DNA of 64,000 nt from Moniliella sp. 'wahieum'. Its lineage: Eukaryota. The notes under the pieces are model-generated. The model was not told the DNA's origin, did not search any database, and saw only the letters and a program-made list of their open reading frames with translations. Shown here piece by piece: positions 13,452 through 26,122 of this stretch. The number at the start of each line of letters is the position of its first letter. Within the stretch, counting starts at the first letter, position 1. The translations under genes and the position numbers were made by a program. The DNA is taken from NCBI GenBank assembly GCA_003971905.1, contig RSEE01000056.1, forward strand, positions 310,001-374,000, read 5' to 3'.

Positions 13452-15448
13452 ATGCCTGGCCAACCCACCCAGGGCTGGCCCCAGCCACGCCGAGCGCAAT
13501 GGCGCACGCGCCTTGCCCACTGCCAGACCGTCCTCCAGCGCCACTGGCTCTTCGTTGGCCCCGGCATGCTCAGCGCGACGGTAAGTGGCCCCTGTGTCCC
13601 TGTGTCCCTGTGCCCCTGTGCCGCCTTGCCCGCCGCCCCTGCTCTGCCTGCGGACGATACTGACGCATCCCCTCTCTTCCATGCCCTCAGGGGTACATTG
13701 ACCCCGGCAACTGGGCCGCCTCCCTCTCGTCGGGATCCTTGACCGGGTACAGCTTGCTGACCGTGTGCCGCCTCGCTCTTTGCTGTGCTGTTGCAAGTCC
13801 TCAGTGCCCGGCTGGGCATTGTGACCGGCATGGACCTGGCCCAGGCCGCGCGCGCCTACCTCCTTACCGGGCGCGCCGACCGTCTGGCCAAGAACGAAAG
13901 CGAACAGGACATCTCCACCTTGCGTGAGCGCGCCTCTTTCTCTGAAGGGGATGGAGAATCCGCCATGCGACCCTGTGGGCGCTCTACATCATCGGAATTG
14001 AGCATCATCGCAACTGAGTTGGCTGAGATTATGGGCTCAGCCATTGCCTTGAACCTGTACGTCCTCTTCCTTTCCCTGTTCCTGTTCTCCTCTCCTCTCC
14101 CTCGCCGGCTGCCACCTCCTTTCCGACCCAACCCATTCGGCTCAAGAGGACTGACCCCCATGACGGTATGAGACAGTTATTTCCCTTTATTCCGCTCTGG
14201 GCGGGCGTACTGCTCACGTCGTTGGACGTCTTTGGCCTGCTCCTGCTCTACCGGCCTGAAAGGGGCCCACCACGGCTGTTTGAGTTGCTCATTTCCATCC
14301 TCGTACGTTTTCTGTCTGTTCCCCTGCCTTTGGCCGGGGTGGATGGCTCGCACCTAACCTCCTTACCCACAGGTCTTTGTCGTGCTAGGCTGCTTTGTTG
14401 TGCTCACGGTCCGCGTTGGACCCGACTGGAGCGACGTGCTGGTTGGTTTCATCCCTTCCTCCGTCCTGCTCCAGCCACGACCGATTTTCCTCGGCGTCAG
14501 CATCCTCGGGGCCACCGTGATGCCCCATGCGCTCTTCCGGAAGCCACGTGGGCACGATCAACCGCCTCCCGGACGTTGTGGTACCCCCATCCTTGTCCAG
14601 GGGGCACAAGCAGAGGAGGAGGAGGAAGAACCAGAACAGGAACCGGAACAGGTGACGAAGACGAAGACGAAGAGGCCCACAAAGTCCCACTTTCGATTCC
14701 TGTTATCCGCCTTCACCTCCGTCATGCCAGTGCCGACATTATCGTTTCCTGCTCGGGTTTGCGATGGGAATCAATGCGTTGATCCTGATCGTCGCCGCAG
14801 CTGCGTTCTACCGCCCCGACAAGGGCAGTGGCAGTGGCGAGGTGGGCGAGGTGGGGGACCTGTTGATGCGTATGCGTGTTGAAAACGTACCTGGGCCAAG
14901 GCTCAGCTACCGCGTTTGCCATTGCGCTGCTTGCGTCGGCCCAGTGCTCCTCCATCACCGTCACACTTGCTGGCCAGATCATCTCGGAAGGGTTTGTACG
15001 GTGGAAGATTCCGCCTCTGCAACGCCGCTTGGTCACCCGGCTCTTGGCCATCGTACCATCCTTTTTTGTGGCTGCGGCGGTGGGACGGAGCGGGCTGAAC
15101 GAGATGCTGATCGTGTCGCAAGTGGCCTTATCGATGGCACTCCCGTTTGTCACGCTCCCTTTGCTCCTGCTCACATCGTACAAGCTGGTGATGCGGATCG
15201 GCAAGCGACGGTCCCCATCGGAGCAGCCCGCGACCGACTCGACCGAGCACACCGCGCTGCTTGCCCCAGCATCCGACTGGGTCTCGTTTGCCAATCCGTG
15301 GTGGATGGATGTGCTGTCGTGGACGACGTTTGTAGTCATTTGCGTGCCGATGGGTTTGTGTTGGCCACGGGCGGGTAAGGCCCACGTTGCCACGACCTCG
15401 ATGACCGAGCCCACATGCCAGGGCGGTCAGCGGTCAACGTCAACTTGA
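13452..15448 (+). CDS. NRAMP family divalent metal (Mn2+/Fe2+) transporter, Smf1/Smf2-like
   Basis: FVGPGMLSAT|GYIDPGNWA across intron 13581-13690. Also LQVLSARLGIVTGMDLAQA, SELSIIATELAEIMGSAIALNL, ILGATVMPHALF, TVTLAGQIISEGF, RRLVTRLLAIVP and LIVSQVALSMALPF. Further introns near 14057-14177 and 14303-14372. The 3' end is approximate. Confidence 0.95.
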
Positions 15449-16427
15449 ACACGAAAGGATACATGTTCACCAGATGCACTTGGCGCGTTGGAGGGGGTAG
15501 CCATTGGACGGTCCACCGGCTTGGCGATAGATGGGGTGAATTTGATGCCGCGTCGGATTTGTTTGGGACAGGGTGCTTGGTTGACGAATGCATACCGGAT
15601 ACCCTTGAGAGATGATCAATGTTGAAAATTACATTTGTTCAGACTCATGTCGCATGAGGACCAACATACAAATGCGGGCAATGGCAGTACGCGTTCAACC
15701 TTTTAAAAGCACCGGTCCATCAAGTGTTCCTCGCGGTTATGTGCCTCACGCCTTTTACTTGAAGCACCCAGGGGCGCGCTTGATCATTAAATGGACCCGT
15801 GGACTTTTTCAATGCTACCCGTGTTCCTCAGCGAGCGTGGAGTTTCCTTCGCCTGTGCCGCCGGCGCAGGAGAATCCTTTTTGGCGTACACTGGTGCCGG
15901 TCGGTAGCTGCCAGCGCCACTGTAACCCATTCGATGCTTGAATAAGGTCTTACCAACGGTGTGTTCAACTAGAAGATGCTTATTGCCGATGGATGTGGCC
16001 GGCTAGGCGACCACTCTGCAGCTGACCCGTCCACCACGCTCTCAGATATCCCATTGCACTCGTCCCAGCCGTCGTCGAGGGTTACAAAGTGCCACGTGCC
16101 ACCTGGCCCTGCAAGAAGGAGCAAGCGCCTTTCCCATGCCTACCAGGGATCATACATGTCCGAAGTCGAACCGGTTGGACACAGTCGATAGATACCCAAG
16201 AGAGAAGGAACGAAAAGATGCAACAGCAAGATAGCAGAAACCGCAGAAGATAGCAGGCCCGAACCAGCGAGCCCAGCCCTTCTGCCCTGGTCGGAAGGAG
16301 GGGGAGGGGAGGAGGGGGGGAGGGAAGGCACCACCTACCCAAGCCAATGTGCTTCAAGCACATCTCCCTATCCGGCCACGACCCAAATCGAGCCCGCCAC
16401 GCGTGCACCCTCGTCGGGGTTCAATAT

Positions 16428-18684
16428 TCAATGGCGAAAGGGAGCGACCGAGGGGCGGTAGGACGAAGGAGGGGCACGAATGCCATTGTCAGGCGAGGAA
16501 GGAAGGCGTTGGATCGGGCTGGAAACCTGGACTGGTCGTCGGTCCCTGCCCAACCGTTTTTCCGTCGACGCGTTCATGCGCGGAGCGATCGCCGGCGGGT
16601 TGAGTGATGGCAGGCGCGGCAGGTCCAGCGACGCTCGACGGTGGCCCGGGGTGGAGGAAAAGTCAACTGCCTGGCGCGTCCGATCCTCCCCCGCCTTGGC
16701 GTACCCGTACCGCTACCCGTAGCTGTAGCCGTAGACACTTTCCACCCGCCCGCTAATTCTTTTCGTGCAGCCCGCGCGGCCGAGGTGGAGTTGGAGCGCG
16801 GCTGAATCGTCGGTGGACGCAGCGAGGAGACAGGCGGCAGACCTTGGATCGAGGCGCGGCGATGGCCCGGAGTGGAAGAGAAGTCTACCTCCTTGCGTGC
16901 CCGGGGAGGGGTGGGGTGGGAAGCGGAAGCGGTACGGTTCGTCGGCCTCGAAGTTTCCTGTGGCGGGGAGGAACTCGAACTGGTGCGTGCCATACGCGCA
17001 TGGGCACCGTGCTGGTCAGAGTGAGACTTTGACGACGCCGTGCCTCGGCCGCTCGGTTGCTCCGCGGTGGCACATGCGGCTGGCGTAACGATACGGGCGG
17101 AGGCACCACTTGGCCAGTCCGTTTGTGCCCGGGTGTCTGCGACAGGCGTTAGTGGTTCAGCCAAACACGAGAGGGGAGACGGCAAAGATAATGGAGGAGG
17201 AAGAGGAGGAGGAGGAAGGAGAGAAGAGAGAAGAAGAAACCGTACGTAGAAGAAAAGTCAAATGGCTTGCGATCCCTAACTGGGGTCGGCGACGGCATCG
17301 TGGCGCGAGCCCGACTTGCGCGCCGCACTGGCCCTGGTTTCCCGGGCGGGACAGAGGGTGCGGCCAAGCCGGTACAGTGACTTCTAGAGAACGACGTTTG
17401 TGGCCGGGGTGGTACTGTAATCGACCTCTTTGCGTGCGCGAGGCGGCTCGGTGGCCTGGCCGGCCTGCCACCCGATGAATGGTAGAGGCGCGGCGGGAGG
17501 CACGGTTCATGCGTACTTGACCGTGGGAGGCGCAAGTGACGACGGGTGCGGGACCGGCGCTTTGGGCAGACCAGAGATACCGACATTCGTGCTGTCGGAG
17601 GTGGAACTGGTGAGGCTCGGGGGGTGCGGGTGCGCGGCTTGGGCGGGAGCGGGATGCCCATGCGGAGCATGGCTGCGCGCGACAGACGCGGTGTGATGCT
17701 CGGCTCGTGCAACGACGCGGGCACCGAGCGCGCGCGAAACGTTCGCGCCTGCGCCAATGGGATCTCCTCGTCCGGCTCCGAGGGGTGTCGACCTGGGCGA
17801 TTTCTTCCAGCTCAAGCGGCTCCCCCGTCGCAGCTAGGTACGCACGCCCTTCGTCGTCGTACGCAATGTCGTCCGCGTCAACGTACAGTGTCTCCTCCGT
17901 GTACTCGTACTCGTACTCGTGCTCGTGCTCATACTCCAGCCCGTTCGCAGAAGTGGGCGAGGGCTCGTCGTGGGCAGAGGCAAGCACGACCCTTGCCTCT
18001 GGTTCGGGTTCGGGCTCCCGTTCGGGCGCTGGTGGCAGTGCTGGAGCTGGTTCTGGGTGCGGTGTGGGCTCCAGTTCCAGTTCCGGTTCTGGATCGGGCT
18101 CTGGCTCTGGTTCGAGTGTTGGTTCAGGGGTTGGTTCGGGCGTCGGGTCGGGGGTGGGTTCAGGGACTGGTTCGGGACCGTTGGACGCGGCGATGGGGGC
18201 AGGCTGGGCGTGGAGGTGGAGCGGGGCGACGGCAGCGGCCGCCGGGGCGCTGCTGTGGGCGTGGGCAGGGAAGAGGAGGGCGACGTGGTCGGCCGCAATG
18301 GCAGCCGGGGCGCGTAGAAGGCGTCGGTACCATGGAGCTGGCGCAGCGGCGGCTGGCCATCGGGGGGCGGGTTGGGCGGGGAGGAAGGGGGCACGGCGGG
18401 CGCGTCTCGCAGGGGCCGAGGAGCTGGTGGAGGAGAAGAGAAGGGGAGGTGGCGGGGCGGGTGCTGGCGAGTAGGACGCAGTATGCGGGGCCCGGGGCGA
18501 GGCCCGGGGTGGGCAGGTGGGGGTCGAGGGCGGCGAGGAGGGCCACGTCGTCGGCGGACAGGGTGGCGGGCTGCTCGTCGGCGATGGCGAGGCCGGCACG
18601 CTCGAGGCGGCGGAGGATGGCGAGGCGGTGGACCTTGGCGGCGCCGCGGCGGAGGACGAGGACGGTGTGGTCGGCGGCGGGCAT
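16428..18684 (-). CDS. NDK-like (nucleoside diphosphate kinase fold) N-terminal domain protein with PE-rich linker and C-terminal TPGH(K/R)R repeats
   Basis: N-terminus [33 protein letters not shown] and later [26 protein letters not shown] resemble the NDK fold. PEPEPE linker. Repeats such as [13 protein letters not shown]...PTIQPRSN. Intron 17137-17245. Ends ...SVAPFRH*. Confidence 0.65.
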
Positions 18685-18971
18685 GCCGGGGAGGGCGGTG
18701 GGGGTGGGGTGGGGGTGGGGGCAGCATCATGCTGAATGCTCAGCGAACGCACGGGCAGGAGGGCGGCGCAGGCGGCTGCTCCACATGCCAGCCACCGCTG
18801 CAGGGGGAGCACAGCGGAGCCAGCCTGCGCCAGCACGGCGCCTGTCACCTGCCGCCTGTCACGTGTCAGGTCACTGCCACCGTCACAATCACACGTAGCA
18901 TCACCGGCGCCCGCGCCCTGCTGCCCCCCCCACACCCGCCCGTGCTGCTGCTCGTCCCTTGCAGTCATCCA

Positions 18972-19016
18972 TCTGCATTGCATTGCATATTGCATTGCAT
19001 TGCATTGCATCTGCAT
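18972..19016. repeat. (TGCAT)n pentanucleotide microsatellite
   Basis: tctgcattgcattgcatattgcattgcattgcattgcatctgcatc. Confidence 0.9.
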
Positions 19017-19133
19017 CCCCCCCGCAGCCTCCGGCGTCACGTGATACTGATATCCCCGCTCGACGCTACTTGACAACGCACACATACATCGCCCACCCCC
19101 CCACTCGCTCGGCAGTCGCATCCCATTCGCCTC

Positions 19134-20914
19134 CTACAGCTCGTGCGCCCGGCGCAGCACACGCTCCCGCTCGCGGCACTGCTCGACGCGCCCGCGGCGG
19201 CCTCCCCCCACACCTGCACCGGCGACGCGCCCTGCTTGAGCACCTGCGCCTCGTGCACCTTGCCCTGCTCGCGCGTGAACAGCGCCACATTGTGCCACGA
19301 CAGCGGCAGCGTGCTGTCCCAGCGCAGCAGCACGCCCTGCGCACGTGCTGGAACGGCGGCACGACACTCCGCCCCGAAAACAGCTCGTCAAACATCTCCT
19401 GCACATCCTGCAGCGAAAACGGCAGCGCCTGGCTGCCGCCCGTGCGCTTCTCCGACAAGAGCAGGTCCATGTGCAGCTTGTCGTACATCTTGCGCCGCCG
19501 CTTGTGCGCCAGCGGCTCCATCCCATGCCCCGCGATCGCACACAGAATGTACGTCGCCGCCCGCCAGCCCAAACATCGCCGGCAGCGGACCCAGCACAGG
19601 CAAGATCCGCACACGGAACTGTTCCAGCGGACTCAGCTCATGCGCGTTCCCAGCCGCATACTCTTCCTCGCGGCAGCGGCAGCAGCGACACGGTCGGTTT
19701 CTCCGTGCTGTACACCACGGGCAACATGAACCGTGGCACGGCCTCCGCGGCGGAGCCGAGACGACTCGTTGTCTTCTCCTTGTTCTCCTTTGGGGCGCCT
19801 CTTCCCAGACCGGAGAGCGCGTCGGGCGAGAGCTCGGTAAGCGACGGACGTTCGGACGCCTCCTTCTCCTTCTCCTTCTCCTTCTCCTTCTCGCGCGGCT
19901 GCTTGGACTTCTTGACGGCTGGGGGTAGGTGCTGTTTGGGCGGGAGTTCAGGGATGCCCATGGCGCGCAACCTGCGCCGGACCGAGGCCGCCAAGGGGTC
20001 TTCGGAGGTATCGGAGATGTCAGAAATTTGGATGCGCGACGGATCGGCTTTCCCGCCCGCGCCCATCGAGGCAAACACGGGCACTTTTTCCCGGTAGCAG
20101 TACGCCAACAGCGCCACCTTGGTTTCAATGTTATCGATCGCGTCCAGCACAAAGTCGGGGCGGTCCTGGCCTGGCGCGGCGGCGCCGGGCGTACCTTGGT
20201 CCGCAGGCAAGGGCGTGAGCAGCAGTCGCTCCGCCTCGTCGGCACGGTACACCTCTACCATCGGTTCTACCTTGGCCCAGGGAGCGATCTTGGCAAAAAA
20301 GTCGGCGCAGCACTCGACCTTGGCCGCCCGACATCCGCCAACACCGCACACGCGTGCCGGTTCAACGACGATAAGATACTTGGTCAAAATCAATCAGCCG
20401 GATCCGGCCCACTCGGACCGAAGCAGCATCAGCGCCGCCCACGAGCCTACCCCGCCAGCACCGACGACAACCACGTACGAGCGGCGCAACTTGGCCATCC
20501 CTTCCTCGCCTAAAAACGCATAGTTGCGCGCCAACTGTTCCCGCAGCAGATCTTCGTCCCACTCGCCCCGCTGCGCCGCTGCGGCCAGCGCACATCCGCG
20601 TCGGCCGAGGCTGAGCCCGCCGGAGGCAGTGCAGCAGGTAAGTTGGTGAGGTACTTGGGCGAGGCGTGGTACCCATCTGGCTGGGCGGGGTCGGGCCCAG
20701 CTGGGAGCGAGCGAGAAGGTTAAGCTCGGTGCGTAGGCGGCGGCGCACGAGACGGTGGTAGTACAGCATTGCGCCGGCCGTGGCGACGGAGGAGGTGGCG
20801 ACCAGGCCGAGCACGACGAGCTGCACGCGTTCCGCAGCGCACGGCTCTCCTCCTGCGCGGGGGGGCGTGGCTGCCCAGCAGCAGACGCAGCCAGAACGAA
20901 GGAGCGTCCGACAT
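19134..20914 (-). CDS. TCD1: tRNA threonylcarbamoyladenosine dehydratase (ThiF/E1-like, Tcd1/Tcd2 family)
   Basis: N-terminal TM segment. Motifs EDLLREQLARNYAFLGEEG, VVVVGAGGVGSWAALMLLRS, RIRLIDFDQVS, PDFVLDAIDNIETK, SMGAGGKADPSRIQISDIS, EDPLAASVRRRLR, PVVYSTEKP and FRVRILPVLGPLPAMFG. Ends ...RRAHEL*. Confidence 0.92.
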
Positions 20915-21455
20915 GAGGAGCGAGCGAGCAGGGAGTAGCGGCAGCGGCTGCGCTGTGGCTGGGGCTGGGGAGTGCTGCTGGGTTGGTGGGTGGGGGTGGG
21001 GTAGTGCGGCCGACGCCCGTTGGGAAGGGGAATCTGCCGGGTGCAGTCAAGCTGCGTGCTGGGCGTGACGTCTCAGCAGGCCACACGGGCGCGCTGCCTG
21101 CGCTAGGCTGGGGCCATTCGGCGAGGGAAAAAAATACGTGCAAAAAACCGAGATTGAAATTGCAAGGCAGGAGCCCGTCACGTGAGCACGTGAGCCACCA
21201 AGCGCCAGGGCCAAGTATATAGACGCTGCTCTGCTGTGGGAATGCGTGCCTGGCGGGGCGGGGTATTCTTCCCCGCGCTGATCTACACCACCATGCGCCA
21301 GCTGGTGGCATCCGCAGTCTCCTGTCCAATCACCTCTCCGTCTCCCCCTCGTCTGTACCACCGGGGTACGGGGGCGTGCAGGCCAAAGAATGCCATTCGG
21401 ATTCACATTGCCTATAGTACTGTATCGCACCGGTGGGGGGGGGGGCACAGAAACC

Positions 21456-24080
21456 TTACGCTTGCGCCTCCTCCTCCTCCTGGGGCACCAGCACGACCAA
21501 CGGCGTGCCCTGGGCGACCAAGTCGCCCTTGGCCAAGGGAGCAACCGAACGAACGACGCCATCGCGCGGGCGCGCAGCACATGTTCCGTCTCTCATCGCT
21601 TCCACTACCACTAGCGCATCGCCCTGCTTCACCTCGCTCCCCGCCTCCACGTACACCTCCACCATCCGACTCGGCATCGGACTCACTACCCGCCCCCCCT
21701 CCCCCGAAGTAGACGGCGCCGTTTGGCCCACCCACGACGGCGCAGGCACCAGCAGGTCCACTTGCGTCTCCTCCCCCTCCAGGTGGGGCAGCAACACGCT
21801 CAGCTTCTCGCCTTCCTCTTGCAGTTGCGTTGCGGTCCGAGGGCCGAACCAGACGGGGGAAATGGTTTGGCCGTGCGGTTCAGGTGCGGGTTCGGCTCCA
21901 GATCCAGATCGCGCGGCAGACGGCGAGGCCAAAGAGAGCAGCGTAAGACGTACCCCGACCGACGCCGGGGCACCTAGACGGTCCGCTTGGTCCGTCTCGG
22001 CTGGTTCAATCTGCTGCACATGTACCTGCACCCAGTCCGACTCGTCTCCCGTACCACATGCACGTCCACCCGCTCCGCACCCTCCACGGGAATCTCCACG
22101 GTTGCCTCGGTCTGACGGAGGGGATCGCGCAAGGTCGTGGTCCACGTGTTGGCCTGGGCTGAGTTACGAATCCCGTCAGCGCCGTACTGGCACGCGAAGC
22201 CTGCAGCTGCGGCACCCAGCTAGCTACCGCTGCTACGAGCGCAGCGTGGAGCGGGACAGGCTGCGCTTGCAGCGGCGGTAACAGCTCCGCACCGTGCATG
22301 GCCAAAAATGCCGTTTCTACCTCGCCGCGTACCAGGGCCGGGTGGCGCGTGAGGCGCGTGAGCAACGCCAAGTTGGTGTGCGGTCCGACCACTTGACACT
22401 GCACCAGGGCATGGTGTAAGCGCCGTAACGCATCCTCCCGGTCTGTGCCGGTCGCAATCACCTTGGCGATCATCGGGTCGTAGTGCACGCTCACCTCGTC
22501 GCCCTGTTGCACCCCGGCATCGATCCGCACCCCTCCGTGCCGCAGCGAGGGCGGGACCGGCGCGCCCACTTGTCCGCGCACCGCCACTTCCGGCGCGGGT
22601 ACGTCGTCCCGGGCAAGGCGAGGTGGAGCAACGGGCCGGACGAAGGTAGGTAGTCCCCGCGCGGATGTTCGGCGTAGAGACGCGCTTCGAACGCGTGCCC
22701 AGCTAGGTTGGCCACCACTTGGGCTTGCGTCAGCGGTAACGGACGCCCAGCGGCGACTTGGATTTGGAGCGCGACTAGGTCGACGCCTGTAATGGCTTCC
22801 GTCACAGGGTGTTCCACTTGCATCCGAACGGCAAGAGAGACTCAGGTCAGTACCGGCACTGCAGAGGAAGAAACGCACGCGGGGGAGGGGGTACGAAAGA
22901 CCAGAGATGGGGAAAGCACAAAAACCAACCAACTCACCTTGCAAGCGCGTGTTCATCTCACAAAAGAAAAACTCTTCTGGATTGGTCGCATCCAACAAAA
23001 ACTCGACCGTGCCTGCAGCGGCCTTGTACCCAGCCGCCTGGGCCGCCTGCACCGCCGTCGTGCCCAGGCGATCGAGCAGGGCCGGGTCCAAGCCGGCGCC
23101 GGCGCTTCCTCCAACACCTTCTGGTGCCGGCGCTGGGTACTGCAGTCGCGCGTGCCGAGGTGGACGGTGGTGCCGTTCGCATCCGAGATCACCTGTACCT
23201 CCACATGCCGCGGGCGGGCCAACCAGCGTTCGAGCAGGACACGCGGATCGCCAAAGCCAGCTTGGGCTTCGCGTTGTGCGGAAGCCAACAGGGCTGGGAA
23301 CTCGGCTGCGGACCGAGCTACTTTCATGCCTTTTCCGCCGCCTCCGGCCGTGGGCTTGATCAAGATGGGGAAACCGATTTGGTGCGCTTGGTCCAGCAGG
23401 TACTGCGGGTCTTGCTCCGCGCCGTGGTAGCCAGGCACGCACGGCACGCCCGCAGCTTGCATCAAGTCTTTGGACGCTGACTTGCTGCCCATGGCCGAGA
23501 TGGCATGGGCGGGCGGACCGAGGAAGACCAGGCCGGCATCCTGCACCCGCGTGGCAAACTCGGCGTTTTCCGATAAAAAGCCGTAGCCCGGATGGATCAT
23601 TGACGCGCCCGTCGCGAGCGCAGCTTGGATCACCTTGTCCATCAACAGGTACGAGTGCGACGACGGTGCCGGTCCCAGTCGCACAGCCTCGTCGGCCATC
23701 TGCACAAACTGCGCACTCGCATCCACATCCGAGTACACCGCCACCGTCTCAATGCCCATCGCACGACAGGTCGCCATCACCCGACACGCAATCTCGCCCC
23801 GGTTGGCAATCAGGATCTTGCTCGGAAGCGGCGCATGCCGATCCAGCGCCACGGTACCGCCGGCCGTGCTGGGCGCCGACGGCGCAGGGGGGCGGGGGCA
23901 GAGGCAGAGGCAGAGGCAGCGGAGGCGGAGGCGGAGGCCAGGAGGAGGCGAGGCGGGCGAGCGGGAGGGGGGTGCAGCGGCGGGGCGCGGCGGCGGGGCA
24001 GGGCGGCGGCGGGGCAGGGGCGCGGAGGGGGCGGGGGCGTGGCGGGGCAGGCGGTGGGCGAGCGGGCGGGCGGGGAGCAT
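21456..24080 (-). CDS. mccA: 3-methylcrotonyl-CoA carboxylase alpha subunit (biotin carboxylase + biotin carrier), mitochondrial
   Basis: Arg-rich presequence. Motifs [73 protein letters not shown] (intron ~22821-22938), [13 protein letters not shown] and biotinoyl domain [12 protein letters not shown]...VVEAM. Assignment to MCC rather than another acyl-CoA carboxylase is inferred from architecture. Confidence 0.85.
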
Positions 24081-24451
24081 GGTGGGGGTGGGGGTGCTTG
24101 CGGTGGGGGGGGGGAAGCCGAGGCGGGTATATAACGACGCGCACAAGCGCTGGGCAGCTACAGCGCCATGCGGCTGTCTGGCACGCTTCGGACCGCACTG
24201 GGCCCGGGCACCGGCGGATGGGGCTTAGGTTAAAGTAGCTGCCCCACCGCGAATAGCCTGGGGTAGCGCCCCCACCCTGCCTCCGCTCAACATTTCAATC
24301 CCCGCCCTCGCCTGTCTGCCATGCTGCCTTCCCTCCTAACCCCCTCGCACAGCCGATATGGTGTAGCATTAGCAGAGCAAAACCAGTGTCCGTCGATGCA
24401 GTCAGTGTGTCCGCGTACAACTCCATCCCCCCCCGCACCCCGTCGTACTGC

Positions 24452-26023
24452 TCACCGCTCCAAGCTCCGCGGCGGCGGGTAGGAAGTGGGCGTGAGCAGC
24501 ACGTGGTCGTCGCCATCCGCACTGCGCTGGTGGGGTGCAGCCGCAGCCGCGGGCACCGCAGGCGGGGTCCCAGCGTCTGTCCTGGCCACAGGCTCACGAT
24601 CCAGGGCAGCGTGAGCGGCGCCAAATCGTACCCGGATCCGGTGCCCGGCAGCGTGCCTGGCCATGGGCGCGGTGGGGCTGCATCCGGGAGCTAGGCGTAA
24701 GAGGCGTGGTTCGGGCTGCCTTGTCGGCCCGTCCGCGGCAAGAGGATGAGGAAGAGGATGAGGAAGAGGATGAGAGTGAGGATGAGGAAGAGGTATGGTG
24801 GCCGGCTCGGCAGGGTCCTCCGGGCCTGGCTTGTGGCGAAGGAACGAGTCGATCATGTAAAATTGCAGTACGTTCATCACGGTGGGAAAGATGGCCATGA
24901 CAAAGAGCACTTGGACCCTGGGATGGCCCTTGCCCAGCGACACCACTGCGCGACCCAGGGTGCTGAGCCACGGCACGAGCGCCAAGAGAAGCGTCACTGC
25001 GCCCTTCATCACGGTCACCGCGGCGCAGTAGAGCAGCGCTTGGCGCGCCCAAAACGACAGCTTGATGGGATTGCTCGGTGTGGCCGGGGTGGCCGGACCT
25101 TGCTCCTCGTCCCGCCCGCGGCCCCATGCAGGCAGGTGCTCCTCTCCCGCTCCACTCGGGCCGGGCCACGAGCCGAGGTCGTCGGAAAAGCGCCGCTCCA
25201 GCAGAGGTTCGGCAGTGGCCGTGCGCGCATGCGCCTTGGTCCCCCGGTGTTCGACCGCATAGCGCGGCGTGGTGAGAACCAAGGGCCCCTCCAGCTTCTT
25301 TCGGCGGCGGAGGCGGGACGTGTTGCGCCGAGTCGCATGCTCGGGGGAAGGAGCGGCGGCCGGAGGCGGATGGGCAGACGCATGGCACGTATGGGAAGCA
25401 GGATCGTCCGAGGTCAAGGGAACGTACTGGCCGGTGGAGGAGGCAAAGTGCGGGTTGGGGGTGTAGATGCCACTCTGGAAGCCATCGAGCTGCAACTGGT
25501 CCACCACCACCCACTCGAGCCCGGCCAAGGCGGGCGGCGATAATGACCACGCCAGCGTGGTGTCGAGTGCAATGTTGAGAAAGTACAGCGAGCAAGCGGA
25601 CGATTGAGCGGGGCCGCCGGCAGGGCCAACGCAGCACTGGCAGCCGACGCAACGGCGGTAGCGGCGCGGCGCAGGAGCAAGGGTGCGGGACTGCTGCTGC
25701 TGGGCACGCCAGTGGGCACAGCAGGCGCGGGAGCCGCGCGGGCGCACCAACGCCCACGGCAGAGAGGGCTACGTTGCAGACATGAACGTAGACCTGGCCG
25801 GTGAGTTGCTTGGACACATCCAGGACCCAGATGCGCCAGGGCCGGCGCGGGTGCTCGCGGTAGCGCTTGAGGATGAGGGAGAGGATGACAATGAAGCCCA
25901 TGCCGGCCTGGACCAGGAGACTGAATGCGCCGAGCAGCCGGCAGGCGCCGTCGACGACGGGCGGCTCGTGCGGGGGGGCGCTGCCAGTGAGCGGGGTGCC
26001 GGCTATTGCGGGGGGGGGGACAT
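24452..26023 (-). CDS. STIMATE/TMEM110 (yeast YPL162C-like) vacuolar membrane protein
   Basis: DGACRLLGAFSLLVQAGMGFIVILSLILKRYREHPRRPWRIWVLDVSKQ, CSLYFLNIALDTTL, FWARQALLY...MKG and QVLFVMAIFPTVMNVLQFYMIDSFL. Confidence 0.85.
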
Positions 26024-26122
26024 GGCCGAGGGGAGGTGGGGGGGGGGGGGGGGGGGGGGGGCGAGCGAGCGAACACCACGTCAGCCCAGCTGGTGTTCGC
26101 AGTGGTGTGTGTCACTTGCAGA

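Noticed and set aside
17546..18898. Long antisense and alternate-frame ORFs (e.g. 450 aa on +, 348 aa at 54195-55241 on -)
   Set aside because: Shadow ORFs caused by high GC and few stop codons opposite real genes.
18685..19121. N-terminal part of the 654-aa ORF 17157-19121
   Set aside because: It runs through the promoter and the TGCAT microsatellite. The real start appears to be 18684 in another frame.
21560..21610. Apparent loss of the biotin-accepting lysine in MCC alpha (EAMRDGTC instead of EAMK)
   Set aside because: Removing one G and adding one C a few codons later restores EAMKTEHVLRAPRDGVV. These are compensating indel errors.
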